DNA of 64,000 nt from Hemiscyllium ocellatum (lineage: Eukaryota): contig NC_083412.1 of assembly GCF_020745735.1 (NCBI RefSeq), forward strand, positions 34,413,181 to 34,477,180, written 5' to 3'. Position numbers and translations under genes: made by a program. Positions 50,901 through 64,000 of this stretch are shown here, one piece after another. Within the stretch, counting starts at the first letter, position 1. Each line of letters begins with the position of its first letter. The notes under the pieces are model-generated. The model searched no databases, was not told where the DNA came from, and saw nothing but the letters and a program-made list of their open reading frames with translations.

Positions 50901-51667
50901 CTCAAGTTTATATTCAAATGTTGTTTGAATACTATCAGTTTATAACTTCTAGCTTCTATAAGCAGTTTGTGATAATTTGCCATAAATCAAACTGTTTGTA
51001 AATAATAAAAACAATACTTTTTTGAAAAAGAATAATTATAGCAAGCCTCTTAACCTAATCAAGTAATCTAGATAACAATTCTAAAAGACCTTTTTATGAC
51101 TATTACCATTTGGAATATTACTGTCCTCAATACAAATTAATTGAATATGTTCCTGCTAAATAGTTTTGCAAATTATCACAATTGATTAATTTAACTTTGT
51201 TTTTGAGAGGTTATCTTTGGTAGGAATAATAGTTAGTGTTTCAATACATATAGCTACTTCTCTGGCATTGATTGATTAATTAACAAAACATCTACTATAA
51301 CCATAACTAGATATGTATAATCATAGATTAAAGATTGGAATCATAAGATTGCTAAACTGATTCAAAACTAAAGCAACATACAAACAATTAAAAATATTAA
51401 GTAGCTAGTTGAATAAATAAATTGAATAAAGTCATCATTTCAAGAGAGCTGACAAAGGCACAACTGGCTGAATGGCATCCTTCTCTGCTGTAACTAATGA
51501 TTCAATAATTAGGATTTTTCATAAATGTAACCAGATTTCTAATGTTTGTAGCTGATTAGGTTGTTGGATTGTATTATTTAATTGGAAAACTTTGACAGCA
51601 TGGCATAGTACATTTGATCTTTTTTTTCCTTGTTATAAATGTAGAATGTTGTAAATGCCCAAATAAT

Positions 51668-51988
<321 letters not shown>

Positions 51989-53099
51989 CTATTTGTGGTT
52001 TTGGAGTGTTTGTATATAGCATATCGCCACTTAGTTCCCATTGTTAGTAATATACACTGGGAACATATCAAAGTTCAGGCCAGCAAGTTAGTTAAATACA
52101 ATTAGCCCATATTAAATTGATGCATTATTGGTCCTTAATTTTCCAAGTGTCAATTAAATTTCTTCTGGATTAAGGGCTTTCACGTGTTTCGCGCCACTGT
52201 CATTGGATTGACTTGATCTGATAGACAGACTTATGCTTCACATTTTTTTGGAATAGGGTATAACATTTACAATCCTCCAGTGCTTTGAAATCACTCCCAT
52301 ACCTCAGGAAAATCAGAAGATTGTGGTTAAAGTCTCCATAATTTCCATTATATTTCCCAAAGTGAATTAAGATGCATCCCACAAGTTACAATGACCATTC
52401 TACTTTGATAATTGTCAACCATTCAAGCATCTGTTCTGTTAGGCTATTATCGTGACTATTTCTTCCTTCACTGCCATGTTATTAGCAGCCTCAATTCCAG
52501 TTTTTAAAAAAACTCATTTCATATTTCAGCTGTGCCCTTTACCTCTACAAGAGCATCTTTTTGGCCTCTAATTAATTCATCCCCACTTTACTTGGACTAT
52601 CTAACCTCGATGGCAACCAGAGACTGGCAATTAGTGCAGACCAGCCACTGATGTCTACATCTCACAAGTATTTTTTTTAAAAAGTACATATATAACATTA
52701 TAGGATGGGTGGTTAAGAAAACATATGGGATACTTGCCTTTAGTGCTGAGGCAAGGAATACATGATCTGGGATGTCATGATGGCGCTTATAGGATGTTGG
52801 TTAGGCCATAGCTGGAGTACTGTGTGCAGTTCTGCTTGCCACACTATATAAAGAATGTGATTGCATTGGATAGAGTGCAGAGGAGACTGAATTGTATCAA
52901 ATTATGAGGGAAAAGATATAGATGAGCAATTTAAACTCGGTAGAATGCAGACTAGGGGCCTATTGCTAGAATTAGTGGATTAGAATAGATAAGAGCTTGA
53001 TAACTGTCATGGATGTGGTGTCGCCTTAAGACCTCTTTATGTGCTGTAATGCTCTATGAACCTTTTGCTTTATATTTATATTGTGCCAATAATGTCATA

Positions 53100-54540
53100 A
53101 AACATTCCGAGACGCTGCACAAGAGCATTATAACGAGACACCAAGCCACATTAGGAGATATAAAGTCAAATGATTAAAACTTCAATCAAAAGTTAGAAAA
53201 GTGTAAAAGTAAAATTAAAAAAGGGAGTACTATAATGCAAGATAAAAGAAATGGAGGGTGTGAATATGGAATTTCAGAGCATTGAGCTCACTAATTAAAG
53301 GCATAGCCACCACTGACAAAGCAATTAAAATTGCGATGCACAAGTCTCCTGAAAGATTGTAGAAATATCTAAGGGTTGTTTATCTGGAGGAGATTTCGGA
53401 TGAAGGGAGAGGTTTGGCCATGAAGGGCTCTGGAAACAAGCTTGAGCTTTTTAAGATTGAATTATTGCTTAACTGTGAGTTAATGTAGGTTAATGAGCAC
53501 AAAGGTAGTAGGTGAAAGGGACTCAGTGTGACATAAGACATTGTCAGCAGAGTTTTAAATCCCTTCAGATTTACAGAGAGTAAAGTATGGGAGACTTGGC
53601 AGGAATGCCATGGGAAGAGTCATATCCAGAGATTCCAAGGGCATAAATGAGAGATTCAGCAGGAAATGAGCTAAGATAGGGGGCAAAGGCAAATGATTTA
53701 TGGAGGGGGAAACAGGTGGTCTTAGTAATGGCATAAATGTGTCTTCAGAAGTCATCTCCAGGTTAAATGTAATACTGCGATTATGAACAGACTGATTTAG
53801 CCTCAAACTGATGCCAGCGAGAGGAATAAAGTTGGTGGTTAAGAAAATTTGGAGCATGGGCTGAAATCAACAGCTTCAATCTTCCCAATATTTAAGTGGG
53901 AAAATTACTGCTTGTTGCATAAGTAATCTGATTAATTACCAAGAGTGGAGGCATCTAAAGTAGAGGCATTGATGTAGTCGAGTGTTGTCAATATATACAT
54001 AAAAATTACACTGATTTTGAATGATGCCACTGAGGGCAACATTAAATGAAGAACAGGAGGGGCCAAGGAGTAGCCAGTCGGAGGAAATGCCATTGCAGGT
54101 GATTCTATGGCTATAGATGGATAATTAATGAAATCAGATGAGAGTAGTCCCACCGAGCAGGACAACTGTGGAGAGGAATTGGAAGAGGATAGTCTGGCTG
54201 ACTGTTGTAATCTGATAAGATGACATTTGTGACTTTGAATAGAAGTATTTCAGTACTGCACAAGGGTGGAAACCCAAATTGAAGGGATTTGATATGGAGT
54301 TTATAGAAAGATGGCCATGGATTTGTGATGTGACGTTATGTTCAAAGGCTTTAGAGAAGAAAAGGAAGTTGGCAATGGGTTGGTAGTTTGCACAGACAGT
54401 TGGATAAAGGTTTTTTTATAGAAAGGGTAATTACAGCAAATATAAAGAAGAGAGAACCATTGACAGTATGAGTAAATACAGGGACAAGAAGGAGACATTG
54501 AGACAGCAGCTGTTTAATGGAATTACGGTTGAGGGAGTAT
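53100..54540 (-). mobile_element. Old L2/CR1-type LINE remnant
   Basis: Decayed, purine-rich, LINE-like sequence in the last RWDD2B intron; no intact ORF. Confidence 0.4.
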
Positions 54541-54777
54541 AAGAGGAGACAGAAAAGTTCATAGCTAGACATATAACTAACATTTGTACTGTATAAATTC
54601 AAAAACATAACACCACAGTAGATAGACGCTAAATGGAAAAAAAAAGTTAACCTAAACCAAAACAGCATGGAAGGGAGAAACAAATCTCTTCAGAACTATG
54701 AGTGGCAAATTTAATAATTACAATTTTGTTCCTTAAAACTGTGTATTTCTTGATGATACTTATTCTGATGCAGCCTA

Positions 54778-55170
<393 letters not shown>

Positions 55171-56368
55171 TCAGTTACTTTAAGAAAGAACATAAGTCTT
55201 CAGAACAGAGTTCAACAAATATTTTGAATTGATTTGTCTGTGCAGAAGTACTGAAAACTAAATAACTCCAGTTTAAATACATTTTTACGTAATTGTAGAA
55301 ATTGCTGAAATACTTAGCAGACTTAACAGCATTTGGTAAGACAGATGGTAGATAAAATATTTTAATTATGGATATTTTTACCACAATTTATAATGGAATT
55401 TCTACCCAAAATATTATCTCTGTTAACCTGTTTCAAGTTGCTGATGGATCTGTTAAATCTTCTTAGCATTTCCAGTTTTGATTTCAATGTGTGCTTTCTA
55501 AAACTGTCCAGTTTTACTGATTTCTACGATGATAAACCACACTTTGTTATCAGCAATCACTCGCTAACAAGTATGATTATTTATTAGGAATTACTAAACC
55601 ACTTATATTACACAGTGGAAAACTGCAACTCCAAGCTTTCTATAACAATCACATAGGCAGACCTGACAGAACCTTGGAGTGATGACTTTCAGCAAATTGC
55701 TATTAATAGAACCTCAAACGTCCATAGGAAGGTTTCACTGCTGGCCTATTTGGATTATTTATGCTACACACTTATCTTGAAGACAGCTCAAACACTGAGG
55801 TCAACCCTTTAAAGGAAAAGAGGAATATGAACATCAATGTTTCGCTGCTCTGACATTGACAGTATCCAATGATACTGTCTCATTACTTGAGCTGAGCACA
55901 AAAGTTAATTGATGTCACTCACCAAGCAAATTCAGGATGCTATGATCCTGGATTTTTTTCAATATTGCTATCAGTCTGAATATTTAAAGTACCAGGCCAA
56001 TTGCAATTCTCCTTTAGAGGGGCAAAAATATGGAGAGCAAGCCACACAGCTTCTAGCTGCCACTGAGCCATAATAGCAGCTTCCATTGTGTGCAGGAAAC
56101 CAAGGTATGGGAAACTGCAAGAGAAGAAACTATTTGTCTGACGAAAACTGACAAGTTCATCACAAAAAGGAGTTTCTTGTAATGTGAATTATGGCAAACA
56201 CAAGCAGTTCACACCTGAAGCTGAATCTTTAAACAATTTCTAGTTAACCAACACAATTTGAATATATGTTTTGCTTAAAGTGTTTCTTTTCTACCATCTA
56301 ATTTGAATGATGTTTTGACTTTTCCTTAAAATAAACTGTTAACAAATCCATTCATGCCTGTACTATAC

Positions 56369-56436
56369 CTTATTGAAATTTCTGGAATCACTGCTGGATA
56401 ATTTGGAGGAAAGGAACAAGATAATGCACAAACAAC
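56369..56436 (-). CDS. RWDD2B: RWDD2B coding exon 2
   Basis: atAG/GTatag boundaries, 68 nt, VVCALSCSFPPNYPAVIPEISI(R), containing the RWD-domain YPxxxP motif. Confidence 0.9.
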
Positions 56437-56557
56437 CTATAACAAAAAAGTAATGAAAAATTAAAGAATTAAAGGAAATTATTTGTCATGTACAAGTATT
56501 CAAAACAGTCAAATGGATGCACATTACATAAATCATTCTAATATAGACAATACCAAC

Positions 56558-56749
56558 ATTAGGAGTGTCCAGCTGGAGTTGTACTGTGTATTGCAGTCTT
56601 GAGGTTGGTGGGATCAGAATCTTTCCCTGCACATATTCTTTGAGATCTATTAAAGCCAACTGATCATCCACTAAAAGTTCATTTGGAAACATGCTGAGCA
56701 GTAGTTCCAGTTCAGACAGCTGGGCTTCAACATTAGCAGAACTGGTCAT
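56558..56749 (-). CDS. RWDD2B: RWDD2B first coding exon (exon starts at about 56765)
   Basis: MTSSANVEAQLSELELLLSMFPNELLVDDQLA... RWD N-terminus; ttttcAG acceptor at 56766-56767. Donor chosen as AAT/GTTGGT to keep phase 0 with the next exon, so the donor position is less certain. Confidence 0.85.
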
Positions 56750-56836
56750 TTTTCAAAGTATGACTCTGAAAAGTATGATAACCGAACTAGAAAACATTAA
56801 AAAAAGGAAGTTAACATTCTGCATGTCAGTTATCAG

Positions 56837-57145
56837 TTAGATTTAGATTAGATTACTTACAGAGTGGAAACAGGCCCTTTGGCCCAACAAGTTCACACCG
56901 ACCCACCAAAGTGCAACCCACCCAGACCCACTCCCCTATATTTATCCCTTCACCTAACACTAGGGGCAATTTAGCATGGCTAATTCACCTAACCTGCACA
57001 TTTTTGGACTGTGGGAGGAAACCGGAGCACCCGGAGGAAACCCACGCAGACACGGGGAGAACGTGCAAACTCCACACAGTCAGTCGCCTGAGCCGGGAAT
57101 TGAACCCGGGTCTCTGGCGCTGTGAGGCAGTAGTGCTAACCACCG
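56837..57145 (-). mobile_element. tRNA-derived SINE (HE1-like), young
   Basis: Reverse complement of the 21660 copy with an (AATCT)n tail; lies about 70 bp from the RWDD2B acceptor. Confidence 0.88.
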
Positions 57146-57829
57146 TTATTGTACAGTTTAATTTTTTTAACATTTCAAGGGAAAATTCTCCGAAGCTTTC
57201 CTATATAATAGGCATAGAGATGTCCACGTATGGAGTTTCCTTACTCCTGATGTAACTGCATGTAAGAAATGATGTGGCATTATAGAAAAAAGATACTGTA
57301 TTTCCAGAGAGAGTTACCAGCCATTGCACATTTTATCTGAAGCATAATCAAGCCCATTAACTGCAGTGAACTGGCAGTGTAACAAAACCTGCACTCTCCC
57401 AAGCTTAGTTCAATAAAATTACTAATATCAAGTGTATAGAAATGTCATTCCTAATTAATTTCATGTTTACATAGCCTCAATGTTTCTCCAACTGAGTTTT
57501 TTTTTCTCTCAATGTCGGTGGGTCTGGCCACATCCAAAATGTGTGTTCACATCCAAAAATCACCAAGTCTAGTCAAAGGTTCAAATATTCAGCCATTTTT
57601 CAAAATATGTCTTGTATTCCCTTACACTTCTAAGGTTGATGAATGATTTAATTTCTGTGTTAATAATAATAGATCAGTTGTGGCAAAGCTATTTCCTCTG
57701 GAAGACAACTATAAAACCGTCAGTGACAGTTCTGAATGTTCCAGCTAATACTTTCCAGTTATCTGCCAAAAAGGTAAAATCAATAATGTCTGACTCATTG
57801 TTATCACTTTGAGTCCATCATAGATACTG

Positions 57830-58720
57830 TTTGTTACAGGAACAAGTTCAGGTTTGAACTGAAAGTGGCAGGTAACATTCATACCACAGAAATGCCAGGC
57901 AATGACCATCTCTAATAAGACAAAATAACCACTGCCCCTTAATATTCAATGGCGTTATCGTCACTGAATACCTGGAAGGTTACATGAATAAGGAGGGAAT
58001 AGAGGGATACATATCGAATTTGTTTTTTAGTTTAGTTATGGCATGATGATCAGAATAGGCTTGGAGCGCCTGTTCCTTGCTGTACTTCTCTGTACTTCTG
58101 TACTGTACCACTCCCCTATCAACATGCTGTGGGCTGCCATTGAGCAGAAAATGAACCGGGCTTGCCACATAAACATAGTGGCTATACAAACAGATCAGAT
58201 GCTTGGAATACTGCAGCGAGTACCTCACCTTCTGACTTGTCAATGCCTAGCCACAATCTACAAGGTTTGAGTTAGGAGTATGATGGAGTACTCCTCACTT
58301 GGCTGGATGAGTACAGCTCCAACACACTGAAGAGGCTTGACAACATCCAGGACAAAGCAGCCTACATGATTGGCACTATATCCACTCCCTCCAGCATTGT
58401 CTACACACTGCAGAAATTCATCAATGATCCTTAGACAGCACCTTCCAAATGCCCACCACTACCAACTAGAAGGAGAAGGGCAGCAGATATATGGGAATCA
58501 CTTGCATGTTCCCCTCCAAGCCACTTACTGTCCTGACTTGGAAACATATTGTCATTCCTACAGGTACTGTTGGGTCAAAATCCTGAAATTACCTCTGTAA
58601 CTACATTGTGAGTCTAACCACAGCAATTGGATTGCAGTGGTTTAAGAAGCCAGCTCACCACCACCTCTCAAGGACAACTAGAGATGGGCAATGAATGTTC
58701 GCAAGGCCCACATAGTAGAA
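57830..58720 (+). mobile_element. Old LINE 3' remnant
   Basis: Decayed RT C-terminal coding pattern and a GCTCACCACCACC...GGGCAATGAATG 3' end. Confidence 0.45.
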
Positions 58721-59332
58721 TTGAATAAAAAATGTGATCTGAGTATCTTACTATGACGGTCCAATTCTAACAATATTATCAAAGTAAATTCTACATATAC
58801 TTTCATTCCATCACCAAAACTGCTGATCTGTAGCTGCACATGACTGCCCAACTCCAACATTGTCTGCTGTGTGCTCATCTGTGCTTTCATGACCTCAAAA
58901 TTCAATTACTCAAAAACTCTTGAGACTTAAATCATTTCCACAAACTTTTATGATCAATGTACTTCTCCAATTCTGGCTCCTTGTTCATTTCTTACTGTAC
59001 TTAATTGTTTCACTGTGTTTTCAGTTCCCAGCCTTAAATTCTGGAATTCCTTCCCTAAATTACTCTATTCTCCTTTAAGATGCACCTTAAAATCTGTCTC
59101 TTTGACTAGATGTTTGTTCATGATACCTGATATCTCTGTCTGTGATTTGTTGCTAAAAAATACTCCTTTTGTTAAATTCTTTAGGACATATTGCTGTATA
59201 CATCTAACTTGTTTGCTGTTGATTGCTAATAGGATCAGAAGATTTACTCTGAATTTCTGCAGCTAAACTTTTTTTCCTGGGCAAAGGGACAGACTGGTTT
59301 AATTATAAAAATAAAAGATTTCTCACAGCTTG

Positions 59333-59505
59333 AAATAAGTTGCTGGACAAACTCAGTAGGTCTGGCAGCATCTGTGGGGAAAAAATAGGGTTAACTTTTC
59401 AAGTTAAATGACCCTTCTTCAGAATAGTTCTGACACTGCTAGACCTGCTGAGTTTCTCCACAATTTCTGTTTTTGTTTCAGATTTTTAGCATCTGCAATT
59501 CTTTG
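59333..59505. mobile_element. Fold-back short element with decayed hammerhead core
   Basis: Inverted arms 59344-59369 and about 59436-59460; minus strand reads CTGAAGA-AGGGTC...GAAA at about 59393-59423. Confidence 0.5.
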
Positions 59506-60517
59506 ATGCATTTTCACAAATTGACCTATTCCTGCATGGAGTTCCCACTTGTGGATAAAAAGTGACTTTTTTTGTGTTAAATTTACAATGAGCATTTGTT
59601 CTACAGCTAAGGTGAAGAATTAAAGGTTTTTAAGAGATATCCTTGCAATGTATTTATGAATTACTTTAGCCATTCCACCTTTCAAATGCTAAACTGAAGG
59701 GATTGCTATCAAAGTTGCTACTCTTTCTGTAGTTAAAACGCTTCCAAGTCAATTGGAAACTGAATATTTTCAGACTTACCTGCAAACCTATGACTTATGA
59801 GCAAGAATAGGCCATTCAGTCTCTTCAGCCTGCACCACCATTTGTAAAGATTATGACTAATTCAAATGTAGCTTCAACTGCATTGTCTGAGAACATAACA
59901 TTTGACTCCTCTGTCAATCAATAGGCAGCAACTCAGCCTTAGATATATTCATTGTAACAGGCTCTCTACTGTATGGAAGCAAATCAACAGGCTAATGTCC
60001 TTTAAGAGAAAAATATTCTCATCTCAGTCCTGACCACTTCTTAACACAGTACGTCCTCGCGCACCCCCACCCCAAACTCTAGTATTGCCCATTAGTAGAA
60101 ACATCCTCTCAGCATCAGCCCTGTTCAGTTTCTTCGTAATTCAATATGATCATCTCTCATTCAAATTCCTGTGAAGCCCCAATCTGGTCAACCTTTCCTC
60201 ATAAGACAGGTCATTCATCCCAGTAATACATTGAGTGACGTGTTTTGTGAACTATTTCTAAAGTAATCATACTCTTTAAGTAAGGAGATCAGAAGGGTAC
60301 AGAGTACTTATGATGTGGTCTCATTAAACGTAGCAGTGCAGTAAAACTTCCCTATTTTTATCTTCCATTCACCTTGCAGTGAAGGACAATGAAACTTCAA
60401 CTTGAATCATTGTTGTACCCACATTCGAGCTCTCTGTGTTTCACTTATCAAGTTCCTCTGTCAGAGTTCTGCAGTTTCCCTCCTTTTATTTTTCGATTCT
60501 TTCTAGTTCTTCAAGAA

Positions 60518-62060
60518 CCCGAGAACTCTGTGGGAAGCTAGAGAAGTGATTACTTGGTCTCTTGCTGAGATATTTGTATCCTCGATAGTCACAGGTGAGA
60601 TGTCGGAAGACTGCAGGTTGGCAAACGTGGTGCCACTGTTTAAGAAGGGTGGTAAGGACAAGCCAGGGAACTATAGACCAGTGAGCCTGACCTCGGTGGT
60701 GGGCAGGTTGTTGGAGGGAATCCTGAGGGACAGGATGTACATGTATTGAGAAAGGCAAGGACTGATTCGGGATAGTCAACATGGCTTTGTGGGTGGGAAA
60801 TCATGTCTCACAAACTTGATTGAGTTTTTTGATGAAGTAACAAAGAAGATTGATGAGGGCAGAGCAGTAGATGTGATCTATATGGACTTCAGTAAGGCGT
60901 TCGACAAGGTTCCCCATGGGAGACTGATTAACAAGGTTAGATCTCATGGAATACAGGGAGAACTAGCCATTTGGATACAGAACTGGCTCAAAGGTAGAAG
61001 ACAGAGGGTGGTGGTGGAGGGTTGTTTTTCAGAGTGGAGGCCTGTGACCAATGGAGTGCCACAAGGATCGGTGCTGGGTCCTCTACTTTTTTTCATTTAC
61101 ATAAATGATTTGGATGTGAGCATAAGAGGTACAGTTAGTAAGTTTGCAGATGACACCAAAATTGGAGGTGTAGTGGACAGCGAAGAGGGTTACCTCCGAT
61201 TACAACAGGATCTTGATCAGATGGGCCAATGGGCTGAGAAGTGGCAGATGGAGTTTAGTTCAGATAAATGTGAGGTGCTGCATTTTGGAAAAGCAAATCT
61301 TAGCAGGACTTATACACTCAATGGTAAGGTCCTAGGGAGTGTTGCTGAACAAAGAGACCTTGGAGTGCAGGTTCATAGCTCCTTGAAAGTGGAATCGCAG
61401 ATAGATAGGATAGTGAAGAAGGTGTTTGGTATGCTTTCCTTTATTGGTCACAGTATTGAGTACAGGAGTTAGGAGGTCATGTTGTGGCTGTACAGGACAT
61501 TGGTTAGACCACTGTTGGAATATTGCGTGCAATTCTGGTCTCCTTCCTATCGGAAAGATGTTGTGAAACTTGAAAGGGTTCAGGGAAGATTTACAAGGAT
61601 GTTCCAGGGTTAGAGGATCTGAGGTACAGGGAGAGGCTGAACAGGCTGGGGTTGTTTTCCCTGGAGCGTCAGAGGCTGAGGGGTGACCTTATAGAGGTTT
61701 ACAAAATTATGAGGGTCATGGATAGGATAAATAGACAAAGTCTTTTCCCTGGGGTCGGGGAGTCCAGAACTAGAGGTCATAGGTTTAGGGTGAGAGGGGT
61801 AAAATATAAAAGAGACCTAAGGGGCAACGTTTTCATGCAGAGGGTGATACATGCATGGAATGAGCTATCAGAGGATGTGGTGGGGGCTGGTACAATTGCA
61901 ACATTTAAGAGGCATTTGGATTGGTATATGAATAGGAAGGGTTTGGGGGGATATGGTCCGGGTGCTGGCAGGTGGGACTAGATTGGGTTGGGATATCTGG
62001 TTGGCATGGACAGGTTGGACTGAAGGGTCTGTTTCCATGCTGTACATCTGTATGAGTCTA
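60518..62060 (+). mobile_element. CR1-clade LINE, 5'-truncated, with RT domain
   Basis: ORFs 60546..60749 and 60789..61472: NYRPVSLTS, YMDFSKAFDKVPH, GVPQGSVLGP, KFADD; stops and frameshifts; 3' UTR and tail present. Confidence 0.93.
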
Positions 62061-62480
62061 ATTGCTTAACGAATTTATGAACACATCAGAACACTGAACT
62101 GTCATCACAAATGATACCATTGTCGTTACACATCCTTCAGCCTCACTCTTGGCATTCTCAAAAAACGTCAAGAAATTAAGGGAAAAAAAACTTGACCGAT
62201 GCATGTATTTATGTGTGTAAATGCTCCATTACAGTCCTAAACATCTTTGTACATGACCAGAAATGGCATTTTATGGATCATTTACACACTGAAATAAACT
62301 CAACCACGATTATAAGATCTGGTTAAAGCCTAACTTAGATCGAAGAAAAATGTAGCGGAAATTAAAATGGTTCTAATTTAGTGAGGAGGGGGTGGAATAT
62401 TACTTAAATATAATGCCTGCCTGCGGCCTTACAGGTCAGTTATCAGCGATTTTTAGGTGAAGTGGAGCGGTGTGCGGTAC

Positions 62481-62550
62481 CTGTTTAAATCACTCTCTCC
62501 CCGAGCCTCCCGGCCGCCGGAACCGCTGCTGATTGTTGGCACTTCCCGGA
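62481..62550 (-). other. RWDD2B: Probable non-coding exon 1 of RWDD2B
   Basis: Minus-strand donor CAG/GTACCG at 62481/62480 inside the CpG island; the first coding exon has an acceptor and so needs an upstream exon. 5' end approximate. Confidence 0.6.
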
Positions 62551-62579
62551 CACCGTCCTTGCCGCCCGGTCACGCATGC

Positions 62580-62648
62580 GCCATGGTGCATGCTGCTGAC
62601 CGGCCTGGAGGTCCCGCGAGGCAGCAGCCCTCAACCGGAGAGCGACAG
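62580..62648 (+). other. Probable first exon of a divergent plus-strand gene, likely USP16 by synteny
   Basis: Strong donor CAG/GTAACA at 62648/62649. The mammalian order is LTN1(-), RWDD2B(-), USP16(+), with RWDD2B and USP16 head to head. No USP16 coding sequence is visible in the window. Confidence 0.5.
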
Positions 62649-62699
62649 GTAACAGGGCCTTTGAGGGGGAGGGGGGAAACAGGCGCCAGGAGGGACAGC

Positions 62700-63820
62700 T
62701 ACTCCCTCCAAAACGGTGAGGGGCCGGGGGTGGGGGGAGAGAGAATGGATGGAGAAGACTTGTCTGGGCCTTGGGGAGTTAGGGATGGAGAAGGACTCCT
62801 GGTGTGAGGGGGGTGACAGAGATGAGGGGAGGAGAAGACCCACGGGCCTGGGAGGGGGTGGTGGGAAAAATGAGGGTAGAAGGAGGACTCCTGGGCTTTA
62901 GAGGGAGGAAAGGGAGAGGAGTAGAAGTAGGGTCTCTGGGTCTTGGGAGGGGGTAGAGAGGAGGAGGAGGAGGAGGAGGAGGAAGGAAAATGGGGAGAGG
63001 GTTTGGGGGGGAAGAGTGGTGGAAGGGGGAGAGGAGAGGAGAGGGGTCCTGGGGGGAGGGGAGGGGAGAGGAGAGGAGGGGGGGTCCTGGGGGGAGGGGA
63101 GGGGTGTGTGGGTGGAGAGAGGGGTGTGTGGGGTATGGAGGGGAGAGGAAGGCCTGTGGGGCTAGGGAGGGAGGCATGAGGAACAGGAGGGAAGGAGGAG
63201 GTGGGGCTCTGGGTTGGGAATGGGTGGGGAAGGGGTGAGGAGAGCTGAGGGGTGGGGGTGGGTGAAGGGGGTAGAGGGTGGGAGGGAAGGGGTGAGCAGG
63301 GGAGGGGGGATGAGTGTGGGGGAGGGGAAGAGGAGGGTCCCTGGAGCCAGGCAGGGAGGTTTGGGGGAGGGGAGAGGAGGGTCCCTGGAGCCAGGCAGGG
63401 AGGTGTGGGGGAGGGGGAGAGGAGGGTCCCTGGAGCCAGGCAGGGAGGTGTGGGGGAGGGGGAGAGGAGGGTCCCTGGAGCCAGGCAGGCAGGTAGGTGT
63501 GGGGGAGGGTGGGAGGAGGGTCCCTGGGGCCAGGCAGGCAGGTAGGTAGGTAGGTGTGGGGGAGGGTGCCTGGGGCCAGGCAGGGTGGTGTGGGGGAGGG
63601 GTGAAGAGGAGGGCCCCTGGGGCCAGACAGGGAGGTGTGGGGGAGGGGAGAAGGAAGGCCGCTGGGTTTGGAGTTGGGGTTGGGGGTGAGGGAGAGAGTT
63701 GGGGAAGATCCTTTCCCTGGGGGAGGGGGGGTGGGGGCTGGTGGCAGCAAGGAGAAAAAGGGATCCTGGGCCTTGGATTGGTGGGGGGGGGGGGGGTGGG
63801 TAGGTGCAGGTAGGGGAGTA
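62700..63820 (+). repeat. G-rich low-complexity tract containing an about 45 bp minisatellite (about 63315-63650)
   Basis: Unit GGAGGGTCCCTGGAGCCAGGCAGGGAGGTGTGGGGGAGGGGGAGA recurs (GTCCCTGG at 63337, 63381, 63426, 63471, 63520, then degenerate copies); extreme purine/G skew. Confidence 0.9.
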
Positions 63821-64000
63821 GAGAAGTGATGTTATATCTTTCAACTAACACATGACGTATTTCTAATTTATTTCATTAACTGGTTTCGTTTTATAATTTT
63901 ATGATCCTGCTCTCCTCCTACAATATACATTCTCTGCTTTTTTGAATTACATTGTGCTTTTAACATAATGGACTATCAGGCAATTCATGGGAAGCATTAT

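Larger units (their letters stand above)
62440..62740. promoter_or_regulatory. Bidirectional CpG-island promoter (RWDD2B / divergent gene)
   Basis: CpG-rich block with divergent splice donors on opposite strands (62480 minus, 62649 plus); NRF1-like ACGCATGCGC at 62572-62581 and ACTTCCCGG at 62541. Confidence 0.65.

Noticed and set aside
63315-63650. Regularly spaced repeats resembling a CRISPR array
   Set aside because: Head-to-tail minisatellite with no unique spacers, in a vertebrate intron.
62699-63851. Long proline-rich minus-strand ORFs (381, 323 and 229 aa) and glycine-rich plus-strand ORFs
   Set aside because: Open in several frames only because the G/C-skewed repeat lacks stop codons; no domain, no proper start or splice context.

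Overview
Vertebrate genomic DNA, almost certainly from a cartilaginous fish (shark-type CR1-like LINEs and tRNA-derived HE1-like SINEs throughout). Most of the window is the 5' part of LTN1 (listerin E3 ligase, minus strand). Nine coding exons, all with GT-AG boundaries, splice into 1323 nt (441 codons); the gene continues beyond the left edge. Upstream lies a complete minus-strand RWDD2B (4 coding exons, about 290 aa, plus a probable non-coding exon 1). A bidirectional CpG-rich promoter at about 62.45-62.7 kb launches a plus-strand first exon, probably USP16 by synteny. Introns and intergenic DNA are packed with mobile elements: CR1/L2 LINE fragments, SINEs, a decayed pogo-family transposon and MITEs. 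There is also a 3.9 kb Penelope-like retroelement (RT + GIY-YIG) with about 750 bp inverted terminal repeats, a 12 bp target-site duplication (TSD) and hammerhead ribozyme motifs. The most interesting unannotated signals are three. (1) A family of about 130 bp non-coding elements carries minimal hammerhead ribozymes; some copies have 13-14 bp TSDs. (2) One copy of that family has a dense strand-specific A-to-G cluster that destroys the ribozyme core, a possible ADAR editing fossil. (3) Locally templated DNA (a 266 bp inverted copy and a 95 bp direct copy) is fused to the 5' junctions of young retroposon insertions.
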